Shown here in pieces: positions 8,754 to 18,982 of a DNA stretch of 57,918 nucleotides (position 1 is its first letter; each line of letters begins with the position of its first letter). Both the position numbers and the translations under genes were made by a program. The DNA comes from an uncultured bacterium (GTDB lineage: Bacteria; Chlamydiota; Chlamydiia; Chlamydiales; SM23-39): positions 1-57,918 of the forward strand of contig CAZTYI010000001.1 in assembly GCA_964618335.1 (NCBI GenBank), given 5' to 3'. The notes under the pieces were generated by a model that saw only the letters and a list, made by a program, of their open reading frames with translations, searched no databases and had not been told where the DNA came from.

Positions 8754-9533
8754 CTAACTCATCACCATGCCGCCGTCGACATTGATTACTTGCCCTGTAA
8801 TGTAGTCTGAATTATCAGAGGCCAAAAATAAAACAAGCTGAGCTACCTCTTCGCTTTCACCATAGCGTCCAAACGGTATCTTTGATAGTATGCCCTTTTT
8901 TATTTCATCTGGCAAGTTTTCTGTCATTTGGGTCTGGATAAATCCTGGCGCAATGCAGTTCACACAAACATTTCTGCGACCTAGTTCTTGAGCCAAAGAT
9001 TTGGTAAAGCCAATTACTCCGGCTTTCGAGGCAGTATAGTTACACTGTCCTGGATTGCCACTTAAAGCTACAACTGAGGCAATATTAATAATTTTGCCAT
9101 AGCGAGCTTTCATCATCGGCCGATAGACCATCCGGCAGGTGTTAAAAACTGATTTTAAATTAACATTTATAACTCGATCCCAGTCTTTTTCTGAAATTTT
9201 CAAAAGAAAATTATCGCGGGTAATACCAGCAGAATTGACTAAAATATCAATCTTGCCTAGCTCTTGGGAAAGATCTGTAAAAACTTTTTCTGTATCTGCA
9301 GTAGAAGAAACGTCTAAAATTTTATAAAGTAGCTTCTGTTCTTCTGCCCCTTCGTTTTGATTGGTTTCTTCATTTCTATTTTCTTTGATCTCCGCTAAAG
9401 CGTTTTTAGCTTTTTCTTCATTAGTGCCAATCAAGACTACAGAAGCTCCGTTTTTATAAAACAGCTGAGCTATGGCTTTTCCAATACCAGAGGTAGCTCC
9501 GGTAATAACTGCGTTTTTTCCTTTAAGAAGCAT
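8754..9533 (-). CDS. fabG: 3-oxoacyl-[ACP] reductase
   Basis: It has the SDR motifs [16 protein letters not shown] and YTASKAG, and sits in the fab operon. It carries an extra acidic/Asn-rich insert ([17 protein letters not shown]). Confidence 0.9.
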   Translation of the reverse strand: MLLKGKNAVITGATSGIGKAIAQLFYKNGASVVLIGTNEEKAKNALAEIKENRNEETNQNEGAEEQKLLYKILDVSSTADTEKVFTDLSQELGKIDILVNSAGITRDNFLLKISEKDWDRVINVNLKSVFNTCRMVYRPMMKARYGKIINIASVVALSGNPGQCNYTASKAGVIGFTKSLAQELGRRNVCVNCIAPGFIQTQMTENLPDEIKKGILSKIPFGRYGESEEVAQLVLFLASDNSDYITGQVINVDGGMVMS

Positions 9534-9535
9534 GA

Positions 9536-10498
9536 TTAAAAAACCTCCTGATGGATTAACTCCAAATCAGATACCTTTTCTAAAGACAAAGTTTTACCTT
9601 TAACGCCGATTTTTTTATTCATAGCTGAGAGCGTTTTACCGGGGCCAATTTCAATAAATAAATCAATGCCAGACTGATCTAAAGTTTCTACGCAATGTTG
9701 CCAGCGAACGGGGTTGACTATCTGCAAAATAAGCGCTTCTTTCATTTTTTCGGTGTCTTCTACAAAGCCCCCTATCACATTCATCACCACAGCAATTGAA
9801 CTTTTTAAAAAGCTGGCTTTTTCAATCTCAGGAGCTAAAGAAATTTGAGCCTCTTCCATCAGACCTGAATGAAAAGCTCCATGGACTTTCAAGGGAATTA
9901 CTTTTATTTTTTTAGCTTCTTTTACCCCTTCTTCTTTTAAAAGCCGAGAAGCTTTTTCAACACCTTCAAAGGTACCGGAAATGACGACTTGACCAGGAGT
10001 GTTGAAATTAGCAGGATAAACTTGGTCTTTACGCAATGGCATCATAAATTTTTCTAATTTTTCAGAATCCATACCTAAAACCGCTGCCATAGTGCCTTTA
10101 TGCCTTTCACAGGCGTTGTGCATCAGCTCGGCTCTTTTTTTAACTAGTAAAAGAGCTTCTTCAAAAGTCAATTTGCCAGCTGCCACTAATGCAGTATATT
10201 CTCCTAAACTCAAACCACCAGTTGCACGAAGTTCTAAATTAGGCATTTCTTTTTTTAACACTCTTAAAAGAGCTAAAGAGACTACAAAAATAGCGGTTTG
10301 CGCATTCTTAGTTAAAGTTAACTCTTCTAAAGAACCTGAAAAAATAAGTTTAGAAAGAGAAAAATGTAAAAGATCATCAGCCTGTTGAAAAGTTTCTTTA
10401 GCTATAGAATATTGATCAAAAAAGTCTTTGCCCATGCCGGGATATTGAGCTCCCTGCCCAGGAAAGAGAAAAGCTAGCTTTTGGTTATCTTTGATCAT
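9536..10498 (-). CDS. fabD: malonyl-CoA:ACP transacylase
   Basis: It has FPGQGAQYPGMG, the active-site motif GLSLGEY and HGAFHS. Confidence 0.9.
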   Translation of the reverse strand: MIKDNQKLAFLFPGQGAQYPGMGKDFFDQYSIAKETFQQADDLLHFSLSKLIFSGSLEELTLTKNAQTAIFVVSLALLRVLKKEMPNLELRATGGLSLGEYTALVAAGKLTFEEALLLVKKRAELMHNACERHKGTMAAVLGMDSEKLEKFMMPLRKDQVYPANFNTPGQVVISGTFEGVEKASRLLKEEGVKEAKKIKVIPLKVHGAFHSGLMEEAQISLAPEIEKASFLKSSIAVVMNVIGGFVEDTEKMKEALILQIVNPVRWQHCVETLDQSGIDLFIEIGPGKTLSAMNKKIGVKGKTLSLEKVSDLELIHQEVF

Positions 10499-10516
10499 TT
10501 TTTAATGGGTTAGTTT

Positions 10517-11512
10517 TTATTTTTTGGTAATCAGAGCTGCACCCCAAGTCAATCCCGCTCCAAAAACTGTAAATAACAGGTTATCCTTGGCTTGGACTTC
10601 TCCGCTTTTTTCCAGTTCATCTAAAGCAATACCGATTGAACAAGCTGAAGTGTTGCCATATTTAACCACACCTTCTTTATACACATGCTCTTTAGGCAAA
10701 TGCTTAAAACGCTTAGCAATAGCTTCTATAATCCTTAGATTAGCTTGATGAGGTATCAGCCAGTCTACTTGGCTTTCTTTCATTTTAAGAGCTGCTAAGC
10801 ATTCTCTAGACGCTGCTTCCATCCGTCTGACCGCATGTTTAAAGACTTCGTTGCCTGACATGTGTATATAATGCTGTTTGTTTTTCACAGTTTCCGCTGT
10901 TGCAGGTTGAAAAGAACCGCCAGCCGGCAGTTTTAAGAGATCGCCTAACGCTCCTTCCGAGCCTAAAATAACCTTTTGAATCTCATAAGCTTCAGTCTTA
11001 CCCTTTAAGCTAATTACAGCAGCAGCAGCTCCATCTCCAAAAAGTATGCAAGTTGCGCGATCTTCATAATTGACGATAGAAGAGAGCTGTTCAGAGGCGA
11101 TTAAAAGAATGTTTTTATAATTTTTATTTTCAACTAAGGCCTTAGCAAAAGATAGTCCATATAAGTAACCAGAGCAAGCAGCCTGAATATCGACAGCGGC
11201 CGCATTTTTAGCTTTGAGCTTTTCTTGAATGATACAAGCTGTTGAAGGAAAGATATGGTCTGGAGTTAGTGTCGCCACTAAAATCAAGTCTATATCTTCA
11301 CTTTTCAGATTAGCAGCTTTCAAAGCTGCTTTAGCCGCCTGTACTCCCATATCGGAAGTATGCTCGCCTTTGGCAGCAATACGCCGTTCGCGAATGCCCG
11401 TTCTAGAAACGATCCATTCATCGGATGTTTCAACCATCTTTTCTAACGCGGCATTAGTCAGAACTTTTTTGGGTAAATAGGACCCAGTGCCTATGATTTT
11501 TGCTTTTGTCAT
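10517..11512 (-). CDS. fabH: 3-oxoacyl-[ACP] synthase III
   Basis: It has the catalytic triad contexts AACSGY, IPHQANLRII and YGNTSACS. Confidence 0.9.
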   Translation of the reverse strand: MTKAKIIGTGSYLPKKVLTNAALEKMVETSDEWIVSRTGIRERRIAAKGEHTSDMGVQAAKAALKAANLKSEDIDLILVATLTPDHIFPSTACIIQEKLKAKNAAAVDIQAACSGYLYGLSFAKALVENKNYKNILLIASEQLSSIVNYEDRATCILFGDGAAAAVISLKGKTEAYEIQKVILGSEGALGDLLKLPAGGSFQPATAETVKNKQHYIHMSGNEVFKHAVRRMEAASRECLAALKMKESQVDWLIPHQANLRIIEAIAKRFKHLPKEHVYKEGVVKYGNTSACSIGIALDELEKSGEVQAKDNLLFTVFGAGLTWGAALITKK

Positions 11513-11712
11513 ATAAAATATAATTGAGCTAATTTTAGCTATTTTAGACTAAAAAAGAAAGGTTTTTTAGAGTCTTCTTAATATTCTTTTTTTTAATTAG
11601 AATCTTACAATAAAAAATGGAAAAACCAGTACATATAGCCATTAAAGCCATAAGGATACGACAGAGATATTCATTTTTTTAAATCTAACCCTCTGCTATA
11701 AAGGTACTCAAG

Positions 11713-12303
11713 ATGTCAAAATATCCATTAAAACTACAAACTTTAAGCCAATTTTTACGAAAGCTTCCCGGTATTGGCAGTAAAACCGCTGAAAGGCTCT
11801 CTTTTGAACTGATTAAATGGAACGAAAATGACCTTAATTTTTTCAGCGAAACCCTCTCTTCTTTAAAAAGCTCTCTTTTAAAATGTCCTGAATGCAATGC
11901 TCTAATCGATCATGAATCCTGTCCTTTTTGCCAAAAAGAAAGCCAACAGCTTTGTATTTTAGCTTCCCCTAAAGATCTCTTTGCTTTGGAAGAAACTTCT
12001 TCTTACCAAGGGATTTATTTTGTACTTGATCATTTACTATCTCCTTTAAAAAGTTGCCAGATTGAAGAGCCGGTCATTCAGAAATTAGAAAAGCTAATTT
12101 TAAAAAAAGAAACTAAAGAAGTGATCATCGCTCTTGATTCTACCTTGGAAGGAGATGCTACCGCTCTGTTTTTAAAAAACCGACTGAAAAAATACCCTTT
12201 AAAAATTTCCCGTTTGGCTTTTGGTTTACCAGTCGGCAGTTCTTTAGAATATGTAGATGAAGGCACGCTGACCCGCGCGTTTGTCGGTCGACAGAATTTT
12301 TAA
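11713..12303 (+). CDS. recR: recombination protein RecR
   Basis: It has the HhH motif LPGIGSKTAERL, the Cys4 zinc finger CPECNALIDHESCPFC, and a Toprim-like C-terminus. Confidence 0.9.
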   Translation: MSKYPLKLQTLSQFLRKLPGIGSKTAERLSFELIKWNENDLNFFSETLSSLKSSLLKCPECNALIDHESCPFCQKESQQLCILASPKDLFALEETSSYQGIYFVLDHLLSPLKSCQIEEPVIQKLEKLILKKETKEVIIALDSTLEGDATALFLKNRLKKYPLKISRLAFGLPVGSSLEYVDEGTLTRAFVGRQNF

Positions 12304-12527
12304 TTAAAATAGAGCGACTTAATTAAGCAGCGCCTTTATTTCTTAAACTGAAAAAATAAAAATAAATAAAAAACAAAAATAATCACTCGCAAAAATCAAT
12401 CCAACAAGGTTTGTTTTTTTTTTAAAGAAAAATTACCCAAGAAGTTTCCTGCCCTTGCTTTTATTCTTTTCTTTTTTCTATACTTAAGACCTTAAAATAC
12501 GCGCATCACTTAGGGGATATTAACATA

Positions 12528-14873
12528 ATGGTAAATAGCTATAAGTTCTTGTGGGTTCTTTTTTTTGCCCTTTTTTCTTTTACATCAGCAAGATGTGAAG
12601 TTGAAACTAAAATTTCCAATATAGAAATTATCGTCGACTCTGCTGATCCTGATTACAAAATCGATGTAAGCTCTTTATTGTCTAGATTGAAAACACAAAA
12701 AGGCAAAAACTTTTCTCAAAAAGCTTTTGATAGTGATTTAAAAAAGCTCTCTGAAGATTTCGATAAAGTCTCCGCTTCAATGGAAATGCAACAAGGAGAG
12801 CTGCAAATAACCATTACTCTACGCCCCTGCTCGACTATTCAATCCTTAACATGGAATGGCAACAGTTATTTCAGTGATAAGAAACTACAAAAAGAACTAG
12901 GACTGAGCGCAAATAATAAATTCACTTCTGAAAAATTTCAAAAAGGCTTAACCAAAATCAAAGAGCTGTATTTAAAAAAAGGCTTTTTCGAATCAGAGAT
13001 TACTTACTCTATCATTCCCGCTGACAATAAAAATAAGCTTAAAATCGAAGTCTATGTTAATGAAGGTAAAACCGGCCATATCGGTCAGATTGTTTTTCAA
13101 GGACTTTCCAAACAGGAACAGAAAGAAGCAACGAAAACTTTCTATTCTAAAAAATATAACTTCATCACTTCTTGGATCACAGGAGAAGGCATTTATAAAC
13201 AGGAAGCGGTAGATCAAGATCAAATTTTCGTGCTTAATTATCTTAACAACCTTGGTTATGCTGATGCTAAAGTAGACTTGCAAGTAAAAGAAAATCCTCA
13301 AAGTAAAAAACTGATTCTTAATTTCATCGTTTCTAAAGGCAAAATCTACCATTTCGGCAAAGTCACTATTTCCGGCAATAAAATCTTCAAAGAATCTGAA
13401 CTTTTTCCTCTTTTACACATTAAAGAAGGCGAAACCTATTCTCCTGATAAAATCCGTGAAAGCATTAAATCCATTAAAGACTTTTATGGTTCCAAAGGAT
13501 ATATCGACAGCGAAGCTATTAGTGACAATCAACTGCACCCTAAAAAAGCTCTTTATGATGTGCATTTTGAAATTGAAGAAAATGAGCAATTTAAGATTGG
13601 CCTGATTCAGATTCGAGGCAATACGCAAACTCAAACAAAAGTTATTTTAAGAGAAACTCTTTTAACTCCAGGTCAAGTCTTTGACAGCCGCCGTTTAGAA
13701 GCCAGCCAAAAAAGACTCGAAAACATGGGTTATTTTAAAAATGTTAACGTCTACGCTGTTAAGTCTTCCGACCCTTCTTTAGACGCAGAAAGCTATCGCG
13801 ATGTTTTCATTGAAGTTGATGAAGCTTCTACTGGCGCAGCTAACCTCTCTTTAGGATTTTCTTCTTTAAACGACGTCTTTGGTTCTTTTGAACTGACCGA
13901 ACGTAACTTTAATTACCGCGGTTTAGCAACTCTCTTTACAAAAGGGCCTTCATCTCTACGCGGAGCTGGAGAATATGCTCATGCCAATGTAACCATTGGT
14001 AAAAAGCAAAGAAGCTATCTCTTTACCTGGATGGATCCCTATTTCTGCGACAGTATCTGGCGTTTCGGTTTTGAACTCTCTTATACTTGGAGTAAACTGC
14101 AAACTAAAGATTATGCTATTAAAACCTACGGTAGTTCTATCTTCACTTCTTATCCAATTACCAATTTCTGGACCTACGGTAATAAATACCGTATACGTAA
14201 TTCCAGAACCGACCTCAAAGACACCATACAAGGTACTAAGCAAGACGAGGACATCGAAGACAGTCATGGTCTGATTTCGGCTATCTCAGCTTCTATCGGC
14301 TATGATTCTACCGACAATGCACAGCGTGCCCATAAAGGCATACGCTCCTTTTTAGAAGCTGAATATGTAGGAATCTGGGGAGATTTTTACTTTTTAAAAT
14401 TTGGTTTTGTCAACGCTTATTATCTACCACTCTTTGAAAAAGGCACTTTTAAAGCTCGCGGAGATATCAAATTCATCGAACCAGTATTTCAGACTAACGT
14501 TAATAAAATGCCGCTTTCTGAAAAGTTCTTCCTCGGTGGTGATACTTCTGTTCGTGGTTATAAACCCTATATTTTAGGCCCTAAACTCCAAAACCATGAC
14601 CGAGATCCTATCGGCGGCATTTCATCTCTCTTACTTTCCGCAGAGTATCTCTATCAACTCATTCCACCTGCTGCTATTTTCTTCTTTTTCGACGCCGGTT
14701 GTATTACTGATAAACATTTTAGCATACCTAAAATCAATACCAGCTATGGAGTAGGAGCACGTTTGGATCTAATGAATCGCGTGCCTATTATTCTTGGCTA
14801 TGGTATACCTATTAATCCAGACCATAAAAGTGATGAACGTAGATTCTTCTTCTCTATGGGTGGACAATTCTAA
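12528..14873 (+). CDS. bamA: outer membrane protein assembly factor BamA (Omp85)
   Basis: 781 aa with a signal peptide, repeated POTRA-like modules (I..I.F.GN...) and a C-terminal beta-barrel ending RRFFFSMGGQF. It shows recR-bamA-skp-lpxD synteny. Confidence 0.85.
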   Translation: MVNSYKFLWVLFFALFSFTSARCEVETKISNIEIIVDSADPDYKIDVSSLLSRLKTQKGKNFSQKAFDSDLKKLSEDFDKVSASMEMQQGELQITITLRPCSTIQSLTWNGNSYFSDKKLQKELGLSANNKFTSEKFQKGLTKIKELYLKKGFFESEITYSIIPADNKNKLKIEVYVNEGKTGHIGQIVFQGLSKQEQKEATKTFYSKKYNFITSWITGEGIYKQEAVDQDQIFVLNYLNNLGYADAKVDLQVKENPQSKKLILNFIVSKGKIYHFGKVTISGNKIFKESELFPLLHIKEGETYSPDKIRESIKSIKDFYGSKGYIDSEAISDNQLHPKKALYDVHFEIEENEQFKIGLIQIRGNTQTQTKVILRETLLTPGQVFDSRRLEASQKRLENMGYFKNVNVYAVKSSDPSLDAESYRDVFIEVDEASTGAANLSLGFSSLNDVFGSFELTERNFNYRGLATLFTKGPSSLRGAGEYAHANVTIGKKQRSYLFTWMDPYFCDSIWRFGFELSYTWSKLQTKDYAIKTYGSSIFTSYPITNFWTYGNKYRIRNSRTDLKDTIQGTKQDEDIEDSHGLISAISASIGYDSTDNAQRAHKGIRSFLEAEYVGIWGDFYFLKFGFVNAYYLPLFEKGTFKARGDIKFIEPVFQTNVNKMPLSEKFFLGGDTSVRGYKPYILGPKLQNHDRDPIGGISSLLLSAEYLYQLIPPAAIFFFFDAGCITDKHFSIPKINTSYGVGARLDLMNRVPIILGYGIPINPDHKSDERRFFFSMGGQF

Positions 14874-14891
14874 AAAAAATAAGGAGCAACT

Positions 14892-15515
14892 ATGAACTTT
14901 AAAAAAACTTTTTTAACCCTTCTTGTAGCGGGTTTTACTTGTCTTTCAGCTTCTGACATAGGAGTTGTGAACTTTACTACTTGCATTATGGAATCCAAGC
15001 ATGGAAAAAGCGAGCAGGGACAACTAGAAAGCATCAAACAGCAGTGGTCGTCTGTAATTGAGCAAACTGAAAAAGAGCTCAAAGAAGTCGCTACTAAGCT
15101 GAATGATCAAAACTACATGGAAGGACTATCTTCCGATGCTAGCAATCAACTGCAAACTAAATATAAAACTCTCAGCGAAGATATGCAAAAATATCAAAAC
15201 CAACTTTATCAGGTTTTGAATCAAGCCAATTATATTTTCGTTCAGAAAATGGTCGGTTTTATTAATAAAGCCTCCCAAGAGATTGCTGCTCAGAAAAAAT
15301 TCACTATGGTTGTTAACAAAGAGATGTGTTTTTACAACAAAGACGGTCTCGATATCACTAAAGACATTGTGACTATCATGGACAAGAATTTTGAAACAGA
15401 GAAAAGACTCTCTGAGAACAAAGCTAAAGAAGAAGCTGCCAAAACTGCTGCTAATAAACCAGCAAGCAAAGCTTCTGCAGTAAAAATTCCTGTTAAAAAA
15501 GCTGCAAAAAAATAA
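14892..15515 (+). CDS. skp: periplasmic chaperone Skp/OmpH family
   Basis: It has a signal peptide and a long coiled-coil body with a Lys/Ala-rich tail. It lies between bamA and lpxD, and its TAA overlaps the lpxD ATG (TAATG). Confidence 0.7.
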   Translation: MNFKKTFLTLLVAGFTCLSASDIGVVNFTTCIMESKHGKSEQGQLESIKQQWSSVIEQTEKELKEVATKLNDQNYMEGLSSDASNQLQTKYKTLSEDMQKYQNQLYQVLNQANYIFVQKMVGFINKASQEIAAQKKFTMVVNKEMCFYNKDGLDITKDIVTIMDKNFETEKRLSENKAKEEAAKTAANKPASKASAVKIPVKKAAKK

Positions 15516-16609
15516 TGACTCTTAGTTATACACTCGAAGAGCTGAGCCTTCTAACCAAGTCTCAGCTTTTTGGTGATAAAACAAAAGTTATCACCAGTGT
15601 TGCCTCCTTACAGAAAGCTCAAGCCAATGAGCTTTCTTTTCTTTCCCACCCTCGCTATTTAGACTCTTTAAAAACTACTCAAGCTGGCGCAGTCTGTATT
15701 TCCTCTTTAGATGCTCTCTTATCCTGTTCTGCTCTCTCGAAAAAAAATTATCTTATCTCGGCTGATCCTTCCCTTACTTTTCAAACCATCGCCGAGCTCT
15801 TTTTAAAACAAGATGATACCACTTCATTTAAAGGCATCCATCCCTCTGCTGTTATCCATCCCTCCGCTAAAATCGACCCAACCGCTACGATTGGAGCCTT
15901 TGTTTTCATTGATCAAGATGTAGAAATTGGCCCTCATACCATCATCTATCCTCACTGCTTCATCGGCAAAAATGTCAAAATTGGCTCTGATACCAAGTTC
16001 TATTCATTTGTGACTATTAGAGAAAGCTGTCAAATCGGCTCTAATGTAATAATCCAACCAGGTGCAGTCATTGGCTCTTGCGGCTTTGGCTATCTCCCCC
16101 AAAAAGATGGCTCTTGGGAAAAGATCAAACAGCTCGGCATTGTCGTCATCGAGGATCAAGTAGAAATCGGAGCTAACACAACCATAGACCGTGCCCGTTT
16201 TGATCAAACTATCATCCGCAAAGGCGCTAAAATAGACAACCTAGTACAACTTGCCCATAATGTAGAAGTCGGCCCAAATAGCGCGATTGCTGCGCAAAGC
16301 GGCATTTCAGGTTCTACTAAGACCGGTTCTAATGTGATTTTAGCAGGACAAGTTGGTGTAGCTGGCCATTTAGAGTTAGCTTCCCAAGTCATGGTTGCAG
16401 CTAAAGGCGGCGTCTCTAAAGATCTAAAACCTGGCAAATACCGTGGTGCTCCGGCTATTCCTTTTGAAGAATATAACCGGCAGATGGTGCATTTGCGTAA
16501 AATAGCCAAATACCTGAAAAGAATTGAAGAGCTCGAAAAAAAAGTAAAAATCTTAGAAGAAAAAGTTTCTCCAAAATCCAAAGAAACAAAACAAGAACCC
16601 GCTCTCTAA
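15515..16609 (+). CDS. lpxD: UDP-3-O-acylglucosamine N-acyltransferase
   Basis: It has left-handed beta-helix hexapeptide repeats ([43 protein letters not shown]) and a C-terminal coiled-coil extension. Confidence 0.85.
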   Translation: MTLSYTLEELSLLTKSQLFGDKTKVITSVASLQKAQANELSFLSHPRYLDSLKTTQAGAVCISSLDALLSCSALSKKNYLISADPSLTFQTIAELFLKQDDTTSFKGIHPSAVIHPSAKIDPTATIGAFVFIDQDVEIGPHTIIYPHCFIGKNVKIGSDTKFYSFVTIRESCQIGSNVIIQPGAVIGSCGFGYLPQKDGSWEKIKQLGIVVIEDQVEIGANTTIDRARFDQTIIRKGAKIDNLVQLAHNVEVGPNSAIAAQSGISGSTKTGSNVILAGQVGVAGHLELASQVMVAAKGGVSKDLKPGKYRGAPAIPFEEYNRQMVHLRKIAKYLKRIEELEKKVKILEEKVSPKSKETKQEPAL

Positions 16610-16751
16610 AAATAAAAATCCCCTATTCTTAAAAAGACTTTTTTCTTAATCAGAATAAGGGTTGTTATACATAGTTAAACAAGCAAATCTATTAAACTTC
16701 TTCACTTCATTTAACTATTTGTTAAAAGAAACCATATTAGGAAAAATCAAT

Positions 16752-17324
16752 TTAAACTCGCTGCCAACCCTGTTTTCCACCTGCTTTTCTTTGCTCTAGG
16801 TGACGCAGTATTTCAATTTCCTGTTCCAAAGTTTGAGGAGATGATCTGTTTTCAGCATCTATGTTTAAATGCTCCATTTCAACTTCTTCTTCGTATCCTT
16901 CAACCAAAGGTGAAAAATGAGCTTCATTTTCCTCTTCGAATCTTTGATAAATCATGTCTAAAAATCTGCTAACTTTTTCAGCTTCTTTCGGCAGTTCAAA
17001 AATTTTTCCTTCGACATCAAAAATACCTTTTTCTATTGCTTCTTTAAAAAATTCCCGAGCCCCCTCTAAATTATTTAAAAGCACATGCTCGATTAATTCC
17101 ATCCAGGCAAAAGCACGATTAGCTGGATTATTAAAAGCAGTTTCTTCACCATGTTGTAATTTAAATTCTTGCTCTTTTAAACTATAATAAAAGCTGTCTA
17201 TGTTGGCATCGACCTCCTCAAAATAATCATTTAACGCTACATTATCAACGTCACCGAATAAAGCCCGTCCTATTAAGTTAGGCACTCTATGTACAGTCGG
17301 TATATTAACAGGATAAATACTCAT
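16752..17324 (-). CDS. hypothetical acidic protein (orphan)
   Basis: A 190-aa ORF, strongly Glu/Asp-rich, with no signal peptide or TM span and no motif I recognise. It is flanked by AT-rich spacers. Confidence 0.45.
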   Translation of the reverse strand: MSIYPVNIPTVHRVPNLIGRALFGDVDNVALNDYFEEVDANIDSFYYSLKEQEFKLQHGEETAFNNPANRAFAWMELIEHVLLNNLEGAREFFKEAIEKGIFDVEGKIFELPKEAEKVSRFLDMIYQRFEEENEAHFSPLVEGYEEEVEMEHLNIDAENRSSPQTLEQEIEILRHLEQRKAGGKQGWQRV

Positions 17325-17501
17325 AAAAATCTCCGTTTTAGGATTTGAAAAAGGGAGGAATTTTATAAAAATGAGTAATTTTGGACAATGTTTTTATAAA
17401 AAAAAACTAAAAAAATAATAAAATGTCTGTAAAAAACAATCCCACAGCTCTCACCGTGGGATTTTACTATACACCAAAAATTACCTAAACAAATTATATG
17501 T

Positions 17502-18320
17502 TTAAATTTTTTCTGCTAAAGAATCAATTCCTAATTGAGTAGCTTGAGTTGGTATAGTACTAATTAAATTCCCTGCTATTGATTCAGCTAAAGCAGTAAA
17601 GGCCGCTATTTGTTTTTCTGTAGGACTATCCCCAACTAGAATAGAAATTCGACTTCCGATTACAGTTTTAAAAGCCTCCTTATTAAAGGCCCTTAAAGTC
17701 ATTTGACTTTCAGGTAGTGATGGCTTAGGTTCTTTAGCTTGTAATTCACCCATTGTAGCAATAAGTGTTTCCTCTACAACTGTTTTTATTACACCAATAA
17801 AATTGCTCATATTGTCTGTTAATATTTTCGCCATTTGTTGAGGTTCTTTTTTCTTTAAACGTCCTTTAGGTACAGCATCTGCTGCTTGTTGTATCACACT
17901 TTTAATAACCCTATCCCATGTACTAGCACGTGTTCCTGCAGTTCCTTGTAAACCATAAAGAATTGTAGTAACTTCTTTTTTAGGCTGTATTATTCTAGCT
18001 TGTATCGGTCTCCCCCCTTTTGTAGCTGGTGGCGGTGGTGGCGATGCAGCTCTTGCTTTTTTGTCAACATGTGCAGAAGTAGGAGAAGGGGCCTCTCGTC
18101 GTGCTCGAGCAGCATCCATGGCTTTAGCTTTCTCTTTAACAGATCCTTTCTCAACCTGTTTTTGGGAGTCTAATGCTCTTTGTGCAGACTTGCTAACTTT
18201 TTGTTTTTGTTCCGGTGTTCCACCTTTTTTTGCTGCAGCTCTTGCTGCTGCTTCTGCAGCTGCTTTGGCCATTGCTGCTCGATCCGGAGAACCTGGACCA
18301 CCGACTTTTTCTTTACCCAT
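17502..18320 (-). CDS. hypothetical protein with Ala/Lys-rich disordered N-terminus, poly-Pro tract and helical C-terminal domain
   Basis: 272-aa ORF. Residues 1-110 are low-complexity (AKAAAEAAARAAAKK, SPPPPPATKGG), and the DNA there is locally much more GC-rich than its surroundings. No TM span or signal peptide. Confidence 0.5.
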   Translation of the reverse strand: MGKEKVGGPGSPDRAAMAKAAAEAAARAAAKKGGTPEQKQKVSKSAQRALDSQKQVEKGSVKEKAKAMDAARARREAPSPTSAHVDKKARAASPPPPPATKGGRPIQARIIQPKKEVTTILYGLQGTAGTRASTWDRVIKSVIQQAADAVPKGRLKKKEPQQMAKILTDNMSNFIGVIKTVVEETLIATMGELQAKEPKPSLPESQMTLRAFNKEAFKTVIGSRISILVGDSPTEKQIAAFTALAESIAGNLISTIPTQATQLGIDSLAEKI

Positions 18321-18583
18321 AAAATCCCTCTCTAATTAAATTTGTTCTTGTTTTTCATATAATTACTAAATAATTAGTTGTAAAAGGTTTTTTTATTTTA
18401 CAAAATAAAAAAAAGAAACAAAATGTTAATTATAAGAACTTTACAAAAATAAATTTGATAATGAAATTAATAATAGAACTGATAATGAAAAAGCTAAAAC
18501 CAGCTACATCGAAAAAGTAAATAGATAATGTTATGATATAAATAGATAAATACAAATGTCGATCGACACAAAGTCAGCTCTAT

Positions 18584-18781
18584 TTAAAACCGATGGTTCT
18601 GATCATCGCCACCCAATCCTGGAGGGCTAGAACCATAACTAGGCACAATTAGAGGATTGTTAGTCACCGGCTGAGTCACCAAATCATCGTCATTACCAAG
18701 AGAACTGCAACTGGCAAACGTTCCACATACAAACACTGTTAAACTTAAAAAGAACCAAACTGACTTAAAACACCGTCTCAT
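18584..18781 (-). CDS. small putative lipoprotein/secreted peptide
   Basis: 65 aa with signal sequence MRRCFKSVWFFLSLTVFVCGTFASC and a lipobox-like FASC followed by SS. The mature part is Pro/Gly/Asp-rich. Being short, the call is uncertain. Confidence 0.35.
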   Translation of the reverse strand: MRRCFKSVWFFLSLTVFVCGTFASCSSLGNDDDLVTQPVTNNPLIVPSYGSSPPGLGGDDQNHRF

Positions 18782-18982
18782 AAAAAGTCCCTTTATTTTC
18801 TCTTCTATTTTTTTCCGTCTTACTGATCAAGTATATGTACTTTTCTAGAAAATAGAAACGAAAGATTATTTTTTAAAAAAATATTCTCGTAAAAAGTTTC
18901 CTAACAAGAAGCTGTCAGGATCAAAAAGAAGGTTGCTAAAAAATTAATTTTAGGGTTTATTAGTTGGAAAACGGGTTTTTTC

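Noticed and set aside
8754-9533. The acidic/Asn-rich ~17-aa insertion in FabG ([17 protein letters not shown]), considered as a possible novel domain.
   Set aside because: It is a short low-complexity surface-loop insertion between conserved SDR blocks. Such inserts are common in AT-rich endosymbiont-like genomes and it is not a distinct feature.
11685-11897. A 70-aa minus-strand ORF overlapping the recR start. ORFs 12078-12266 and 14870-15082 are similar cases.
   Set aside because: All three are antisense to conserved genes (recR, skp) and have no independent support.
12414-12423. Homopolymer tracts in intergenic regions, considered as phase-variation candidates. They are T10 upstream of bamA, A11 at 33362-33372, T9 at 21261-21269, and T9 at 38106-38114 and ~39547-39555.
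   Set aside because: Such runs are frequent in this AT-rich genome. Several are the T-tails of terminators. There is no positional evidence, such as -10/-35 spacing, for a regulatory role.
17502-18320. I considered calling the Ala/Lys-rich protein a chlamydial histone-like protein (Hc1/Hc2).
   Set aside because: The basic Ala/Lys segment is short and N-terminal and lacks the tandem AKK-type pentapeptide repeats of Hc2 and the conserved Hc1 N-domain. The remainder is a ~160-aa non-basic helical domain. I report it instead as an orphan with a poly-Pro/LKKK hypothesis.
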